Both the position numbers and the translations under genes were made by a program. A stretch of 64,000 nucleotides of DNA from a bacterium (lineage in GTDB: Bacteria > Patescibacteriota > CPR2 > UBA1875 > CAIMLA01): positions 2,334 to 66,333 of the forward strand of contig JBAXUE010000002.1 of NCBI GenBank assembly GCA_037129835.1, in the 5' to 3' direction. Below, one piece after another: positions 40,513 to 49,630 of the stretch. The notes below the pieces were generated by a model, which saw only the letters and a program-made list of their open reading frames with translations, had not been told where the DNA came from and did no database searches. Positions within the stretch are counted from its first letter, which is position 1. Each line of letters begins with the position of its first letter.

Positions 40513-40618
40513 ACCATCAGTCAAAAAAATTTGTATGAAATGTAAAGTTATCAAACGCGAGGGAGTCCTTCGTGTGATTTGTGAAAATCCAAAACACAAG
40601 CAAAGACAAGGTAATTAG
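40502..40618 (+). CDS. rpmJ: 50S ribosomal protein L36
   Basis: 38-aa product [38 protein letters not shown] with a C..C...C..H zinc ribbon. Overlaps the infA 3' end and is not in the ORF track. Confidence 0.9.
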   Translation: MKVRPSVKKICMKCKVIKREGVLRVICENPKHKQRQGN

Positions 40619-40626
40619 GAGATATC

Positions 40627-41010
40627 GTGGCCAGAATAGCAGGAGTAAATGTCCCAACAGAAAAAAGAGTAGTGATATCACTTACTTATATTTATGGAAT
40701 CGGACCAACTAGAAGCCAGAAAATTCTTACGCAGGCTAATATTGATCAGAATATCCGAGTAAAAGATCTTACTGAATCAGAAATCAATCGAATTCGTGAA
40801 ATTCTTGAAAAGAATTATAAAATCGAAGGTGATTTAAAAAGAGAAGTTACCCAAAATATTAGCCGTCTTAAAGAAGTGGCTTCATATAGAGGAATCCGTC
40901 ATAAGTTAAATCTTCCAGTAAAAGGCCAGAGAACAAAAACTAATTCTAGAACCAAAAGAGGTAAAAGAATTACAATGGGGTCTGGTAAGAAAAAAGTTTC
41001 CAAGACATAG
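40627..41010 (+). CDS. rpsM: 30S ribosomal protein S13
   Basis: GTG start. [10 protein letters not shown] canonical S13 start. Confidence 0.93.
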   Translation: MARIAGVNVPTEKRVVISLTYIYGIGPTRSQKILTQANIDQNIRVKDLTESEINRIREILEKNYKIEGDLKREVTQNISRLKEVASYRGIRHKLNLPVKGQRTKTNSRTKRGKRITMGSGKKKVSKT

Positions 41011-41051
41011 AATATTAATTATTAATTTTATAATAAAGAACAAAGAGAATT

Positions 41052-41435
41052 ATGGCAAAAGTAGTAAAGAAAAAAAAGATAAAGAAAGTTGTAAATTATG
41101 GGCAAGCTCATATTCAGGCAACTTTTAACAATACTATTATTACAATAACTGACAACGACGGAAATGTACTTTCTTGGGCAACATCAGGAGCTAGTGGCTT
41201 TAAAGGCTCGAGAAAATCTACTCCATACGCTGCACAAATAGCATCAGAAATTGCAGTCGAAAAAGCCAAGGCCTTTGGTCTAGAAAAAGTAGATGTATTT
41301 ATCAAGGGGATCGGTACGGGTAGAGATTCTGCCGTAAGAGCATTTAATGCCTCTGGTATTTATGTCAATTCAATCAAAGATGTTACCCCAATTCCTCATA
41401 ACGGTTGTAGACCGCCAAAAGCAAGAAGAGTTTAA
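41052..41435 (+). CDS. rpsK: 30S ribosomal protein S11
   Basis: S11 signature ([21 protein letters not shown]). Confidence 0.95.
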   Translation: MAKVVKKKKIKKVVNYGQAHIQATFNNTIITITDNDGNVLSWATSGASGFKGSRKSTPYAAQIASEIAVEKAKAFGLEKVDVFIKGIGTGRDSAVRAFNASGIYVNSIKDVTPIPHNGCRPPKARRV

Positions 41436-41456
41436 TTAAGTTAGAGATAGATAAAA

Positions 41457-42092
41457 ATGGCAAGAATTTTAACAGCACAATGTAAACTATGTCGTAGAGA
41501 AGGTACCAAACTTATGCTCAAGGGAGAAAAGTGTCTTGGACCAAAATGTACGATGATTAAACGTAACTATATCCCAGGTCAGCACGGACTTAGTAGGAGA
41601 AGGGGTAAGCCCAGTGACTACCTCCTGCAGTTACGTGAAAAACAGAAAGTAAAAAGAACTTATGGAGTTCTCGAAGCTCAATTCAGGAATTATTTTGAAA
41701 AGGCTGACAAGAAACAGGGTGTCACCGGTGAAATACTTTTGCAGTTACTCGAGTTGCGTCTAGACAATATAGTTTATCGACTGGGTTTTGCACCGTCTAG
41801 GAAAATGGCGAGACAGTTAGTTGGCCACGATCACCTGACAGTTAATGGCAAAAAGGTCAACATTCCTTCATACCAAGTAAAAGCAGGGGACAAGATCACT
41901 TTCATTAAAGAGAGCGAACAAAGTAGTTATTATAAGGAGATTTTGCCAAATGCAATTGTAAAAGCCTCATCGCCAAGTTGGTTGAAGCTAGATACAAAAA
42001 AAGTTCAAGGTGAGCTAATATCCATCCCAACTAGAGAAGAACTAGACCCAGAAATAAATGAACAACTTATCGTCGAGTTATACTCGAAATAA
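41457..42092 (+). CDS. rpsD: 30S ribosomal protein S4
   Basis: N-terminal zinc-ribbon-like CKLCRREG...C.GPKC and an S4 domain. Confidence 0.95.
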   Translation: MARILTAQCKLCRREGTKLMLKGEKCLGPKCTMIKRNYIPGQHGLSRRRGKPSDYLLQLREKQKVKRTYGVLEAQFRNYFEKADKKQGVTGEILLQLLELRLDNIVYRLGFAPSRKMARQLVGHDHLTVNGKKVNIPSYQVKAGDKITFIKESEQSSYYKEILPNAIVKASSPSWLKLDTKKVQGELISIPTREELDPEINEQLIVELYSK

Positions 42093-42113
42093 TAACCCAA
42101 AGTAGGAGTAAAA

Positions 42114-43043
42114 ATGTTATACGAAATTCATCTACCCGAAATTAAAAAGGTCAGCGAAGAAGGCAATGTAACCACATTTGCCATCGAGCCGCTTTTCCCA
42201 GGATATGGTATGACCCTAGGAAACTCTCTTCGTAGAGTGATTCTATCAAGTCTGCCAGGTGCAGCCGTAACAGCTGTTAAAATTGAAGGTGCAAGTCATG
42301 AATTTTCAACACTTAAAAATGTCAAAGAAGATGTCGTTGAGATTATCTTGAATCTTAAAAAGCTTTGCGTAAGATCATTCTCGGATGATGTTGTAGAGCT
42401 GAAGTTAACCGCTAACGGAGAAGGTGTCGTTACTGCAAAAAGTTTTGAGAAAAACGCTGATGTTGAAATCGTAAACAAAGACCAGATAATAGCTACTTTA
42501 GATGGCAAAAGTGCCAGCTTAGAGTTAAATATTTTTATAGAGCAGGGTCGTGGGTACGTTCCAGTAGAAAAAAGAGACGGTGGCAAGCTAGGTATCGGAG
42601 TTATCGCTATAGACGCTCTGTATAGCCCTATACGAAGAGTTAGATACAACGTAGAAAGTACCCGTGTCGGACAAATGACTGATTTGGACAAACTTGTAAT
42701 CGAAATTGAAACAAACGGTGTTGTTTCTGCTGAAGATGCTATCAAGCAAGCTTCAGAAATCGTAGTGGACCACTTCTCAGTTCTAGCTGGGCGAAAAGCA
42801 GCCGTTAAAGCTGATTGTGAAGAGACGGTTTCAACCGATCAGGGCGGCGATATTCTGATAGAAGAAATCAATTTATCACCTAGAACTACTAACGCTTTAT
42901 TAAATAATGATATTAAGAACGTCGGAGATATCCTTAAACTCGATGATAATGAACTGAAGACACTCAAGGGATTCGGGAGCAAGGCATATGATGAAGTGCG
43001 AGATAAAATTGCAGAGCTCGGTTTTGAGGCATCGGTAGAGTAG
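42114..43043 (+). CDS. rpoA: DNA-directed RNA polymerase subunit alpha
   Basis: Alpha NTD motifs (G.[25 protein letters not shown]..HEFS) and a CTD. Confidence 0.95.
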   Translation: [309 protein letters not shown]

Positions 43044-43047
43044 TAAT

Positions 43048-43521
43048 ATGCATAGACACAGTTATACTAATCGAAAATTATCCAGAAAAGTGGGACCAAG
43101 AAAGGCGTTATTGCGCTCACTTGTAACTTCTTTAGTTCTCTATGAAAAAATAAGAACCACTACACCAAAAGCTAAAGAGATTCGTCCAATTATTGAAAAG
43201 CTTATTACTACAGCCAAAAAAGGCGACCTCACAGCTATCAGAAAGCTTAATACCTATATCTACGGCGATAATGCTGTTAAGAAGTTAGTGACCGAGATCG
43301 CACCTATTTATAAAGATAGGAATGGCGGATACACTCGAATAGTAAGTGTGGGTCCTAGGACTGGCGACAATGCTCCAATGTCCATTATCGAACTTGTAGA
43401 TATTGATAAGCTAGATAAGAAAATTATTGAGAAAGAAGCTAAAACCGTTGATACTACCAATACCAAGAAGGCAGCAACAAAAGCACCGGTGAAGAAAATT
43501 GCCAAAAAGGAATCAAAATAA
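43048..43521 (+). CDS. rplQ: 50S ribosomal protein L17 with a C-terminal extension
   Basis: L17 core (RKL.R....RKALLR.LVTSL) plus a Lys/Ala-rich tail. Confidence 0.93.
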   Translation: MHRHSYTNRKLSRKVGPRKALLRSLVTSLVLYEKIRTTTPKAKEIRPIIEKLITTAKKGDLTAIRKLNTYIYGDNAVKKLVTEIAPIYKDRNGGYTRIVSVGPRTGDNAPMSIIELVDIDKLDKKIIEKEAKTVDTTNTKKAATKAPVKKIAKKESK

Positions 43522-43952
43522 TGAAAACATCTGTAACAAAAAAAGCTGATATTGAGAGAAAATGGTATCTAATCGACGCTGACGGCGCCACTCTTGGAAG
43601 AATGGCGACTGTTATTGCTGACTTATTAAGAGGCAAGAAAAAAGCATGTTTTTCGCCAGCCGTAGATTGCGGTGATTATGTTGTCGTTATAAACACTGGT
43701 AAGATTGTGGTCACTGGTAATAAGCTTGTAGACAAAAAGTATTATCGTCATAGTGGATATCCTGGTGGTCTTACTGAGATTTCTTTAGAACAGCTTCTTG
43801 AGAAAGATTCAAATAAAGTTATATTTCAGGCTGTAAAGGGGATGTTACCAAAGAATAAGCTTTCGGATGAAAGTATTGGTAAATTAAAGTTATTTAAGGG
43901 AACAGAGCATGAACATACAGCTCAAAAGCCTGTAATAGTTAAAGTAAAGTAG
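43521..43952 (+). CDS. rplM: 50S ribosomal protein L13
   Basis: KWYLIDA.G..LGR.A...A..LRGK signature. Confidence 0.95.
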   Translation: MKTSVTKKADIERKWYLIDADGATLGRMATVIADLLRGKKKACFSPAVDCGDYVVVINTGKIVVTGNKLVDKKYYRHSGYPGGLTEISLEQLLEKDSNKVIFQAVKGMLPKNKLSDESIGKLKLFKGTEHEHTAQKPVIVKVK

Positions 43953-43964
43953 CGGGAGAGTATA

Positions 43965-44369
43965 GTGTCTGAAAAAACAACTTTAAAATATACTTACGGT
44001 CTAGGCCGACGTAAAGAAGCAACCGCAAAGGTTCGTCTTTTTGCAAACAAAGAAGTCTCGATGGTTAACGGTAAAACTGTGGAAGACTATTTTGGCGATA
44101 TAAATTTAGTGAGAGATGTTTTTTCCCCTTTTAAACTTATTGGAAGCATGGAAAAGCTATCATTTACTGCAATGGTTGATGGTGGTGGAAAATCTTCTCA
44201 GGCCGAGGCCATTAGATTGGGCATTTCACGCGCTTTAGTTGAAATAGATGAAGACAACAAGCTTACACTTCGCAAGTCAGGGTTTTTAACTCGTGATCCT
44301 AGAGAAAAGGAACGAAAGAAACCAGGATTAAAGAAGGCACGCAAGGCGCCACAGTTTAGTAAGCGTTAA
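43965..44369 (+). CDS. rpsI: 30S ribosomal protein S9
   Basis: GTG start. Conserved C-terminus ...RDPREKERKKPGLKKARKAPQFSKR. Confidence 0.93.
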   Translation: MSEKTTLKYTYGLGRRKEATAKVRLFANKEVSMVNGKTVEDYFGDINLVRDVFSPFKLIGSMEKLSFTAMVDGGGKSSQAEAIRLGISRALVEIDEDNKLTLRKSGFLTRDPREKERKKPGLKKARKAPQFSKR

Positions 44370-44402
44370 TTATATTCTAAGTGTATTTATATAAGTGCTG
44401 GA

Positions 44403-44440
44403 ATTTTTACCAGCACTTATTTATTTATTAGTAAGCTTGT
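44403..44440 (+). terminator. Rho-independent terminator after rpsI
   Basis: AGTGCTGG-aattttta-CCAGCACT stem followed by a T-rich tail. Confidence 0.65.
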
Positions 44441-44467
44441 GCTAAGATAGTATCAGTCGGAGGGAAT

Positions 44468-45460
44468 TTGAACGATAATAATATTACAAAAAAACTGATT
44501 ATTCTTTCAGTATTAATGATTATCCTTGGGACTGTATGCTATATGTACTTTGGCCATCTTGATCCATGGCTGGCTTTTTATACTACAGTTATTTTTTCTT
44601 TAAGCCACGTTAAACACGGACAAGAATACGATTTATGGGAACAAATATTATCAATAATATTAATATTAGGAAGCTATGTAGCCGTTGCCTATATACTTAG
44701 ATGGGCAGCTGACTACTTTATGGGTGGTCAATTTAAAGAGAGTAGGAGAAAGGGAAAAATAATGGCTAATATAAAGAAAATGGAAAAACACTATATTGTC
44801 TGCGGCTATGGAAGGGTTGGGACTCAAGTAGCAGATGAGCTTGCGCATGACTCTGCTGACTTTGTAATCATAGACAGAGATCAAAATGAGATCAAGAAAG
44901 CCATAGAGAAGGGTTATAACGCTTTATGTTGTGATCCGACTCAAGAAGAGAGTTTGCTAAAAGGGAATATAACAGCAGCAAAGGCCCTTATTACTTGCCT
45001 TGGCCAAGATACAGACAACCTTTTTGTTACTTTAACCGCTCGCTCACTAAACCCGGATTTGTATATTGTTGCGAGAGCGAACTATGAAGAGAATATTCCT
45101 AAATTCGAAAAAGGTGGGGCTAACAGGGTGGCTACTCCATACCAAATAGGTGGATACCATATGGCCACGATGGCGCTACGGCCTGGTGTTCTTGATTTCC
45201 TTGACGTCATTGTTGACTCTAGGCACGACGAGCTTGAAGTAGAAGAGATAGAGATACCCAGAACTTCTTTCTTGGTTGGGAAAACTATTGCTGGAGCCAT
45301 ATCAAGAGATAAAACAGGGGTGACTATTTTAGCTATTAATCATAAAGACAATACCACTAGAATAAATCCACTTGGTGACGAAGTTTTACATCAAGGAGAT
45401 AAATTAATAGTTATGGGCAACAGGAGCCAGCTTAATTCTGTTCTTGATTTAATAACATAA
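44468..45460 (+). CDS. Membrane protein with a 2-TM/pore-like N-terminus and RCK (TrkA-N / TrkA-C) domains; K+-channel-like with a non-canonical filter
   Basis: TTG start after a GGAGGGA RBS. Two TM helices flank a re-entrant segment (YTTVIFSLSHVKHG) where TVGYGD would sit. Rossmann RCK motif IVCGYGRVG. Confidence 0.6.
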   Translation: MNDNNITKKLIILSVLMIILGTVCYMYFGHLDPWLAFYTTVIFSLSHVKHGQEYDLWEQILSIILILGSYVAVAYILRWAADYFMGGQFKESRRKGKIMANIKKMEKHYIVCGYGRVGTQVADELAHDSADFVIIDRDQNEIKKAIEKGYNALCCDPTQEESLLKGNITAAKALITCLGQDTDNLFVTLTARSLNPDLYIVARANYEENIPKFEKGGANRVATPYQIGGYHMATMALRPGVLDFLDVIVDSRHDELEVEEIEIPRTSFLVGKTIAGAISRDKTGVTILAINHKDNTTRINPLGDEVLHQGDKLIVMGNRSQLNSVLDLIT

Positions 45461-46342
45461 TTGAATAAATATATTATGCAAAAATTAAAAGTTGAAAAAA
45501 ATATTTCAAAAGCTAGACTTGATATATATTTGCAAAAAAAACTCAATATTTCTCGCAGTCAAATACAAAAAAACATTACTGGTGGCTTGATTATTGTAGA
45601 TGGTGATAAGGTAAAACCCTCATATGTTCTAATGGGTGGAGAAATAATCACTATCAAAGAGTCGGAAAAGAATAAATATCGTACAGAGATACCTACAATA
45701 ATCTATCAGGATAATGATATCTTGGTAATTGATAAACCTTCCGGTATCACAGTTCATGAGGCACCAGGCGAAAAAGAAGTAACCATAAATGAAATTTTTA
45801 AGGATAGTTACTCTGGTGATAATACTGTGCGCGGTATGATCGTCCATCGTTTGGATAAGGGTACATCGGGAGTGATGATTCTAGCAAAGAATAAATTAGC
45901 AGCCGAAAACCTTAAAAAAGAATTTGCTAGTAGGCGAGTTGAAAAGGAATACATCGCTCTTGTTAATGGTTTTCCAGAGGGTGGAACTATTAATATACCA
46001 CTAGGCAGGAATGGTCAAACGAGCGGTAGGATTATTGCCTTAAACGAAGGCAGACCATCTCGAACAGATTTTACGATAATTGAAAAATATGTAGGTTATT
46101 CCTTGGTACTTGCAAAACCTAAGACAGGCAGGACTCATCAGATCCGGGTCCACTTTTCTGCTATCGGACATCCAGTTTATGGTGACAAAAAATACGGTTT
46201 TCCAAAAGAAAATAGTGACAGAATCTTTTTACACGCTAGTAATATTCGTTTTATTCACCCCATTACTGGCAAAAAGGTTAAGTTTAACTCGAAAATGCCA
46301 GTAGCACTTCAGGCAGTTATAGATACTCTTGTGATTGAGTAA
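45461..46342 (+). CDS. RluA/RluD-family pseudouridine synthase with an S4 domain
   Basis: Catalytic motif HRLDKGTSGVM. N-terminal S4 RNA-binding region. Confidence 0.85.
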   Translation: MNKYIMQKLKVEKNISKARLDIYLQKKLNISRSQIQKNITGGLIIVDGDKVKPSYVLMGGEIITIKESEKNKYRTEIPTIIYQDNDILVIDKPSGITVHEAPGEKEVTINEIFKDSYSGDNTVRGMIVHRLDKGTSGVMILAKNKLAAENLKKEFASRRVEKEYIALVNGFPEGGTINIPLGRNGQTSGRIIALNEGRPSRTDFTIIEKYVGYSLVLAKPKTGRTHQIRVHFSAIGHPVYGDKKYGFPKENSDRIFLHASNIRFIHPITGKKVKFNSKMPVALQAVIDTLVIE

Positions 46343-46371
46343 AACACAGTTCAAATGTATAATGTAACAGT

Positions 46372-47280
46372 ATGAAAAATTTGATTGGGAACAAAAATAC
46401 ATTAGCCAAACTAACAGATTCTGCAAGAAGTGGCTCACTCGGGCATGCTTATTTATTTGCAGGACCAGAAAACATTGGTAAAACAACTTTAGCCGAGCAG
46501 CTCGCTAAGATTATTTTGTGTTCATCTTCGAGTCAGGGCGAGTGCGAATGTCAAAATTGTAAACTTGTAAATATTTTGCAGCATCCAGACTTACATATTT
46601 TTGATGGCTATGACGCTAATATTGAAGAAATTCGCGAGCTGAGTCAGTCTTTAGAGTTAAAGCCATATCAATCAAAAAGCCGGGTTGCTATCGTATCTCA
46701 TATAGACAGATTGTCTGTGCAGGCTCTAAATTCATTTCTAAAGACTCTGGAGGAACCAAACGATAACACAGTAATTATTCTGACGGCAGAAAATAAATCA
46801 AATGTTCTTAGTACAATATTATCAAGAGTAAGAACCGTGGACTTATATCCAGCCACGGCAAAAGAAGTTTTTGAATTCTTAAATCTTGAGTCTGGGGTAA
46901 AAAAGGATTTAGCTAATGAAATTTCTAAAATCTGCGGTGGCAGGGTTGGTTTAGCCTTATATTACAATGAAAATCCAGAAAAAGTGGCGGCGGCCTATAA
47001 GGATTCTGAAGAATTTTACCGTAGATATATATCAAAAAATATTTCTGATCAAATCATTTTTGGCGATACGTTAGCAGCTAAAAAAGAACAAATAGAAGAA
47101 AAACTGAATTATTATATTAACTTTTTATATGCTAAAATGAACGAATCGCGCGATTACCCAAAAGGAATAGAGAATATTATCAGTCTTCTAGATGGAATAG
47201 CGAGAGCGAAAATATTACTAAGAAAGAATGTTAATACAAAAATAGTGTTGGAATCATTAATGCTTGGGAGTTTAAAATGA
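46372..47280 (+). CDS. holB: DNA polymerase III delta' subunit
   Basis: AAA+ clamp-loader motifs (HAYLFAGPENIGKTT), a Cys cluster (CxxC...C..C) and an SRV-like motif. Confidence 0.8.
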   Translation: MKNLIGNKNTLAKLTDSARSGSLGHAYLFAGPENIGKTTLAEQLAKIILCSSSSQGECECQNCKLVNILQHPDLHIFDGYDANIEEIRELSQSLELKPYQSKSRVAIVSHIDRLSVQALNSFLKTLEEPNDNTVIILTAENKSNVLSTILSRVRTVDLYPATAKEVFEFLNLESGVKKDLANEISKICGGRVGLALYYNENPEKVAAAYKDSEEFYRRYISKNISDQIIFGDTLAAKKEQIEEKLNYYINFLYAKMNESRDYPKGIENIISLLDGIARAKILLRKNVNTKIVLESLMLGSLK

Positions 47281-47927
47281 ATGTTGTCGGAATAAAATTT
47301 AATTCAGCGGTGAAGATATATGATTTTCTTCCTGGAACTACTAAACCAGAAATAAATAATTGGGTTCTTGTAGATACCACTCAGGGAAAAGAGATGGGTC
47401 GCGTTGTTTATATTAACAAGGAAGTTCAGGATAATACTGAAGGTGAATTTAAAGAGATTATTAAAATAGCCGATGAAAAAGATATTGATAGATATAATAG
47501 AATGATAGCAGAAGGTGAGGTACATTTTCCTCGCTACCAAGAGTGTGTAAAAGAAATGGCTTTGGATATGAAACCAGTTAAGACAGAGGTCTCCTTTGAT
47601 GGAGAAAGAGTTGTTTGCTATTTTACCGCCGAGAATAGAGTCGACTTCCGTGAACTTATTCGTGAGTTATCACGTGATTTTAAGAAAAGTATTATCATGA
47701 GACAAATCGGACCCAGAGATGAGGCAAAACTTCTCGATGGTTATGGGATTTGCGGCCAGCGAGTTTGTTGTAAAAGATTTTTAACAAAAACAGAAAGCAT
47801 TACAATGGACATGGCGAGAGAACAATTTGAAAATAATATCAATGCGAATAAAGTGACGGGTCTTTGTGGCAGGCTTATGTGTTGTTTGGCTTTTGAAGTC
47901 GACCCCTCAAAGACTAAAAGGAAATAG
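47277..47927 (+). CDS. PSP1 C-terminal domain protein (YaaT/RicT-like)
   Basis: PSP1 domain pattern (V.....N......Y.F.......G.WV.VDT..G.E.G.VV). Conserved holB-yaaT adjacency. A C-terminal Cys pair. Confidence 0.7.
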   Translation: MNVVGIKFNSAVKIYDFLPGTTKPEINNWVLVDTTQGKEMGRVVYINKEVQDNTEGEFKEIIKIADEKDIDRYNRMIAEGEVHFPRYQECVKEMALDMKPVKTEVSFDGERVVCYFTAENRVDFRELIRELSRDFKKSIIMRQIGPRDEAKLLDGYGICGQRVCCKRFLTKTESITMDMAREQFENNINANKVTGLCGRLMCCLAFEVDPSKTKRK

Positions 47928-47929
47928 AT

Positions 47930-48661
47930 ATGTGGTCTTTTGTATTTATAGTCATAGTAGCCCTAGTAGTATTATATTTTTCGGCTAAATCCAAGAATAA
48001 CGATACCGAAATTATTATTGGCCAAAAAAAGGAAGTTAAAAAAATAGGGGACCGGATACAGGAAGTTCTTGACATAGAGGAAACAGAGAAGAAGACCGAA
48101 AAAGAGCATAGAGGTATTATCTCTGAGGCAAATAAGCTAGTTCGTGGCAAAAGATTAAAACAGGCAGAAAAAAAGTATCTTTCAATATTAATTAAAGATC
48201 ATAAGAATTCAAAAGCCTATCTTGGTCTTGGTAATATATATCTAGAACAAGAAGAATATTCTGGGGCGGCAGAGGCTTTTAAAAAAGTGACGGAACTTGA
48301 GCCGACAAATGATATTGCCTTTAATAATTTGGGAATGGCATTAATGAAAACAAAGAATTATCTAGAAGCAGTTACGGCCTACGAGCATGCAGTCGCTTTG
48401 GGTTCAAAGCTTTCTCATAGATATATAAACCTTGCTTTGGCAGCGGAAAAGGCAGGGGAGACAAAAAAGCAAATTAGTGCCCTTGAGCACGCCGTATCTC
48501 TTGAGCCAGACAAAACAGAATATTTGGTGGCTCTCTCTAATGTGGCTATATCTGCAGATGATAATTCAGCAGCTAAGAAAGCGCTAGAAAAACTTGTAGA
48601 AATTGAGCCGGGTAATCTGGATGCACAACGAAAGCTAGCTAGACTCCAGGGTGACAGTTAG
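47930..48661 (+). CDS. Tetratricopeptide-repeat protein with an N-terminal TM anchor
   Basis: Multiple TPR-like units (AY.GLGNIYLEQEEY..A.EAFKK...L.P.N..A.NNLG.A). Confidence 0.65.
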   Translation: MWSFVFIVIVALVVLYFSAKSKNNDTEIIIGQKKEVKKIGDRIQEVLDIEETEKKTEKEHRGIISEANKLVRGKRLKQAEKKYLSILIKDHKNSKAYLGLGNIYLEQEEYSGAAEAFKKVTELEPTNDIAFNNLGMALMKTKNYLEAVTAYEHAVALGSKLSHRYINLALAAEKAGETKKQISALEHAVSLEPDKTEYLVALSNVAISADDNSAAKKALEKLVEIEPGNLDAQRKLARLQGDS

Positions 48662-48666
48662 TTTCA

Positions 48667-48695
48667 TTGACTTTTGGCCTTTATTTTACTATAAT
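48667..48695 (+). promoter_or_regulatory. Consensus sigma70 promoter TTGACT-N17-TATAAT upstream of the tRNA-Thr/Tyr/Thr cluster
   Basis: TTGACT at 48667-48672, a 17-nt spacer, and a perfect TATAAT at 48690-48695, about 40 nt before the tRNA-Thr 5' end. Confidence 0.6.
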
Positions 48696-48736
48696 ATTCT
48701 AGTTTATTGGCTCGCAGTTAGGCTCTTTTTTTATTA

Positions 48737-48811
48737 GCCGCCTTAGCTCAGTGGTAGAGCAACTGTTTTGTAAACAGTCGGTCGTCGGTTCAAGTCCGAC
48801 AGGCGGCTCCA
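48737..48811 (+). tRNA. tRNA-Thr (anticodon TGT), CCA encoded
   Basis: Acceptor GCCGCCT/AGGCGGC. Anticodon stem ACTGT/ACAGT with loop TTTGTAA. T-loop TTCAAGT. 75 nt. Confidence 0.9.
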
Positions 48812-48910
48812 CGTCGCAATTCGTTATCTGGTTTCGCGGATAAACTAAAGTTTACCGCTTCACCATTTTACGATTGCTCCTTTCCGAGAAAAATCTACAA
48901 TTTTCCTCGG
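48812..48910 (+). ncRNA. Conserved structured trailer element downstream of tRNA-Thr(TGT) (copy A); function unknown
   Basis: Hairpin 1 GCGG[A]TAAAC-taaa-GTTTACCGC, then TTCACCA..CGATT, then hairpin 2 CCGAG[A]AAAA..TTTTCCTCGG. About 75% identical to the copy at 49211-49309, with compensatory stem changes. Confidence 0.4.
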
Positions 48911-48931
48911 CACCTAGGGATTACAACTTGA

Positions 48932-49017
48932 GGGGAGTTACCGAAGCGGTCAAACGGAGCAGACTGTAAATCTGTTGGCATACGCCTTCGGGGGTTCGAA
49001 TCCCTCACTCCCCACCA
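48932..49017 (+). tRNA. tRNA-Tyr (anticodon GTA), long variable arm, CCA encoded
   Basis: Acceptor GGGGAGT/ACTCCCC. Anticodon stem GCAGA/TCTGT with loop CTGTAAA. 86 nt. Confidence 0.9.
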
Positions 49018-49134
49018 TTATTCGCTAAAGCTACGAATGGCAAGCCAAGAGTAGATTTTGCGAATAATTTCCGTCCGAAGCTATAAGTGCGAAGGAGGAC
49101 CGAAACAAAATAACATTAAAATGTGCGCCCACGC

Positions 49135-49210
49135 GCCCACCTAGCTCAGTCGGTAGAGCGCATCCATGGTAAGGATGAGGTCATCGGTTCAATCCCGATG
49201 GTGGGCTCCA
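49135..49210 (+). tRNA. tRNA-Thr (anticodon GGT), CCA encoded
   Basis: Acceptor GCCCACC/GGTGGGC. Anticodon stem CATCC/GGATG with loop ATGGTAA. 76 nt. Confidence 0.9.
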
Positions 49211-49309
49211 CGTCATAATGCATTAGCTGGTTACGCGGATTAGCTGGAACTAACCGCTTCACCATATCACGATTACTCTTTTCCGAGAAAAACTTACGTT
49301 TTTCCTCGG
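49211..49309 (+). ncRNA. Conserved structured trailer element downstream of tRNA-Thr(GGT) (copy B); function unknown
   Basis: Hairpin 1 GCGG[A]TTAG-ctggaa-CTAACCGC (the stem sequence differs from copy A but pairing is preserved), TTCACCA..CGATT, and hairpin 2 identical in its stem to copy A. Confidence 0.4.
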
Positions 49310-49343
49310 TCATGAGGGAATAAATATAAGAATAGGAGATAAA

Positions 49344-49514
49344 ATGGCATCAAAGAAAAAAGATATCCGTCCAGTGATCACCCTTGAGTGTACTGAGTGT
49401 AAGGAGCGTAATTATGCTACTACTAAAAACACTCGGAATACCACAGCCCGCGTAGAACTTAAAAAGTTCTGTAAACGTGAGCACATTCACACATTGCACC
49501 GCGAAACAAAATAA
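49344..49514 (+). CDS. rpmG: 50S ribosomal protein L33
   Basis: 56 aa with a C..C...C..C zinc ribbon (CTECKERNY...FCKREH). A GGAGA RBS is present. Confidence 0.9.
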   Translation: MASKKKDIRPVITLECTECKERNYATTKNTRNTTARVELKKFCKREHIHTLHRETK

Positions 49515-49519
49515 ATGGT

Positions 49520-49630
49520 TTGTCATCCTTGTCATTCGACTCTGAGGTGAGAGACACCTCATCGCTCAGACTCGAAGAGCGGAAGCAAGGATCTCTTTCA
49601 CCAGAGATTCCTGCCTTCGCAGGAATGACA
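49520..49630 (+). repeat. Palindromic intergenic element of the TGTCATCC family (copy 5, longest), between rpmG and tRNA-Trp
   Basis: TGTCATCC at the 5' end, a long internal hairpin (CGACTCTGAGGTG..CACCTCA.CGCTCAGACTCG), the GGATCTC box, a hairpin CCTGC-cttc-GCAGG, and a terminal GAATGACAG. Confidence 0.5.

Noticed and set aside
48812-49309. Considered whether the repeated tRNA-Thr trailers are a CRISPR-like array or tRNA pseudogenes
   Set aside because: There are only two copies, separated by functional genes, with no regular spacer-repeat periodicity. They do not fold as a cloverleaf. They are better described as a conserved structured trailer.
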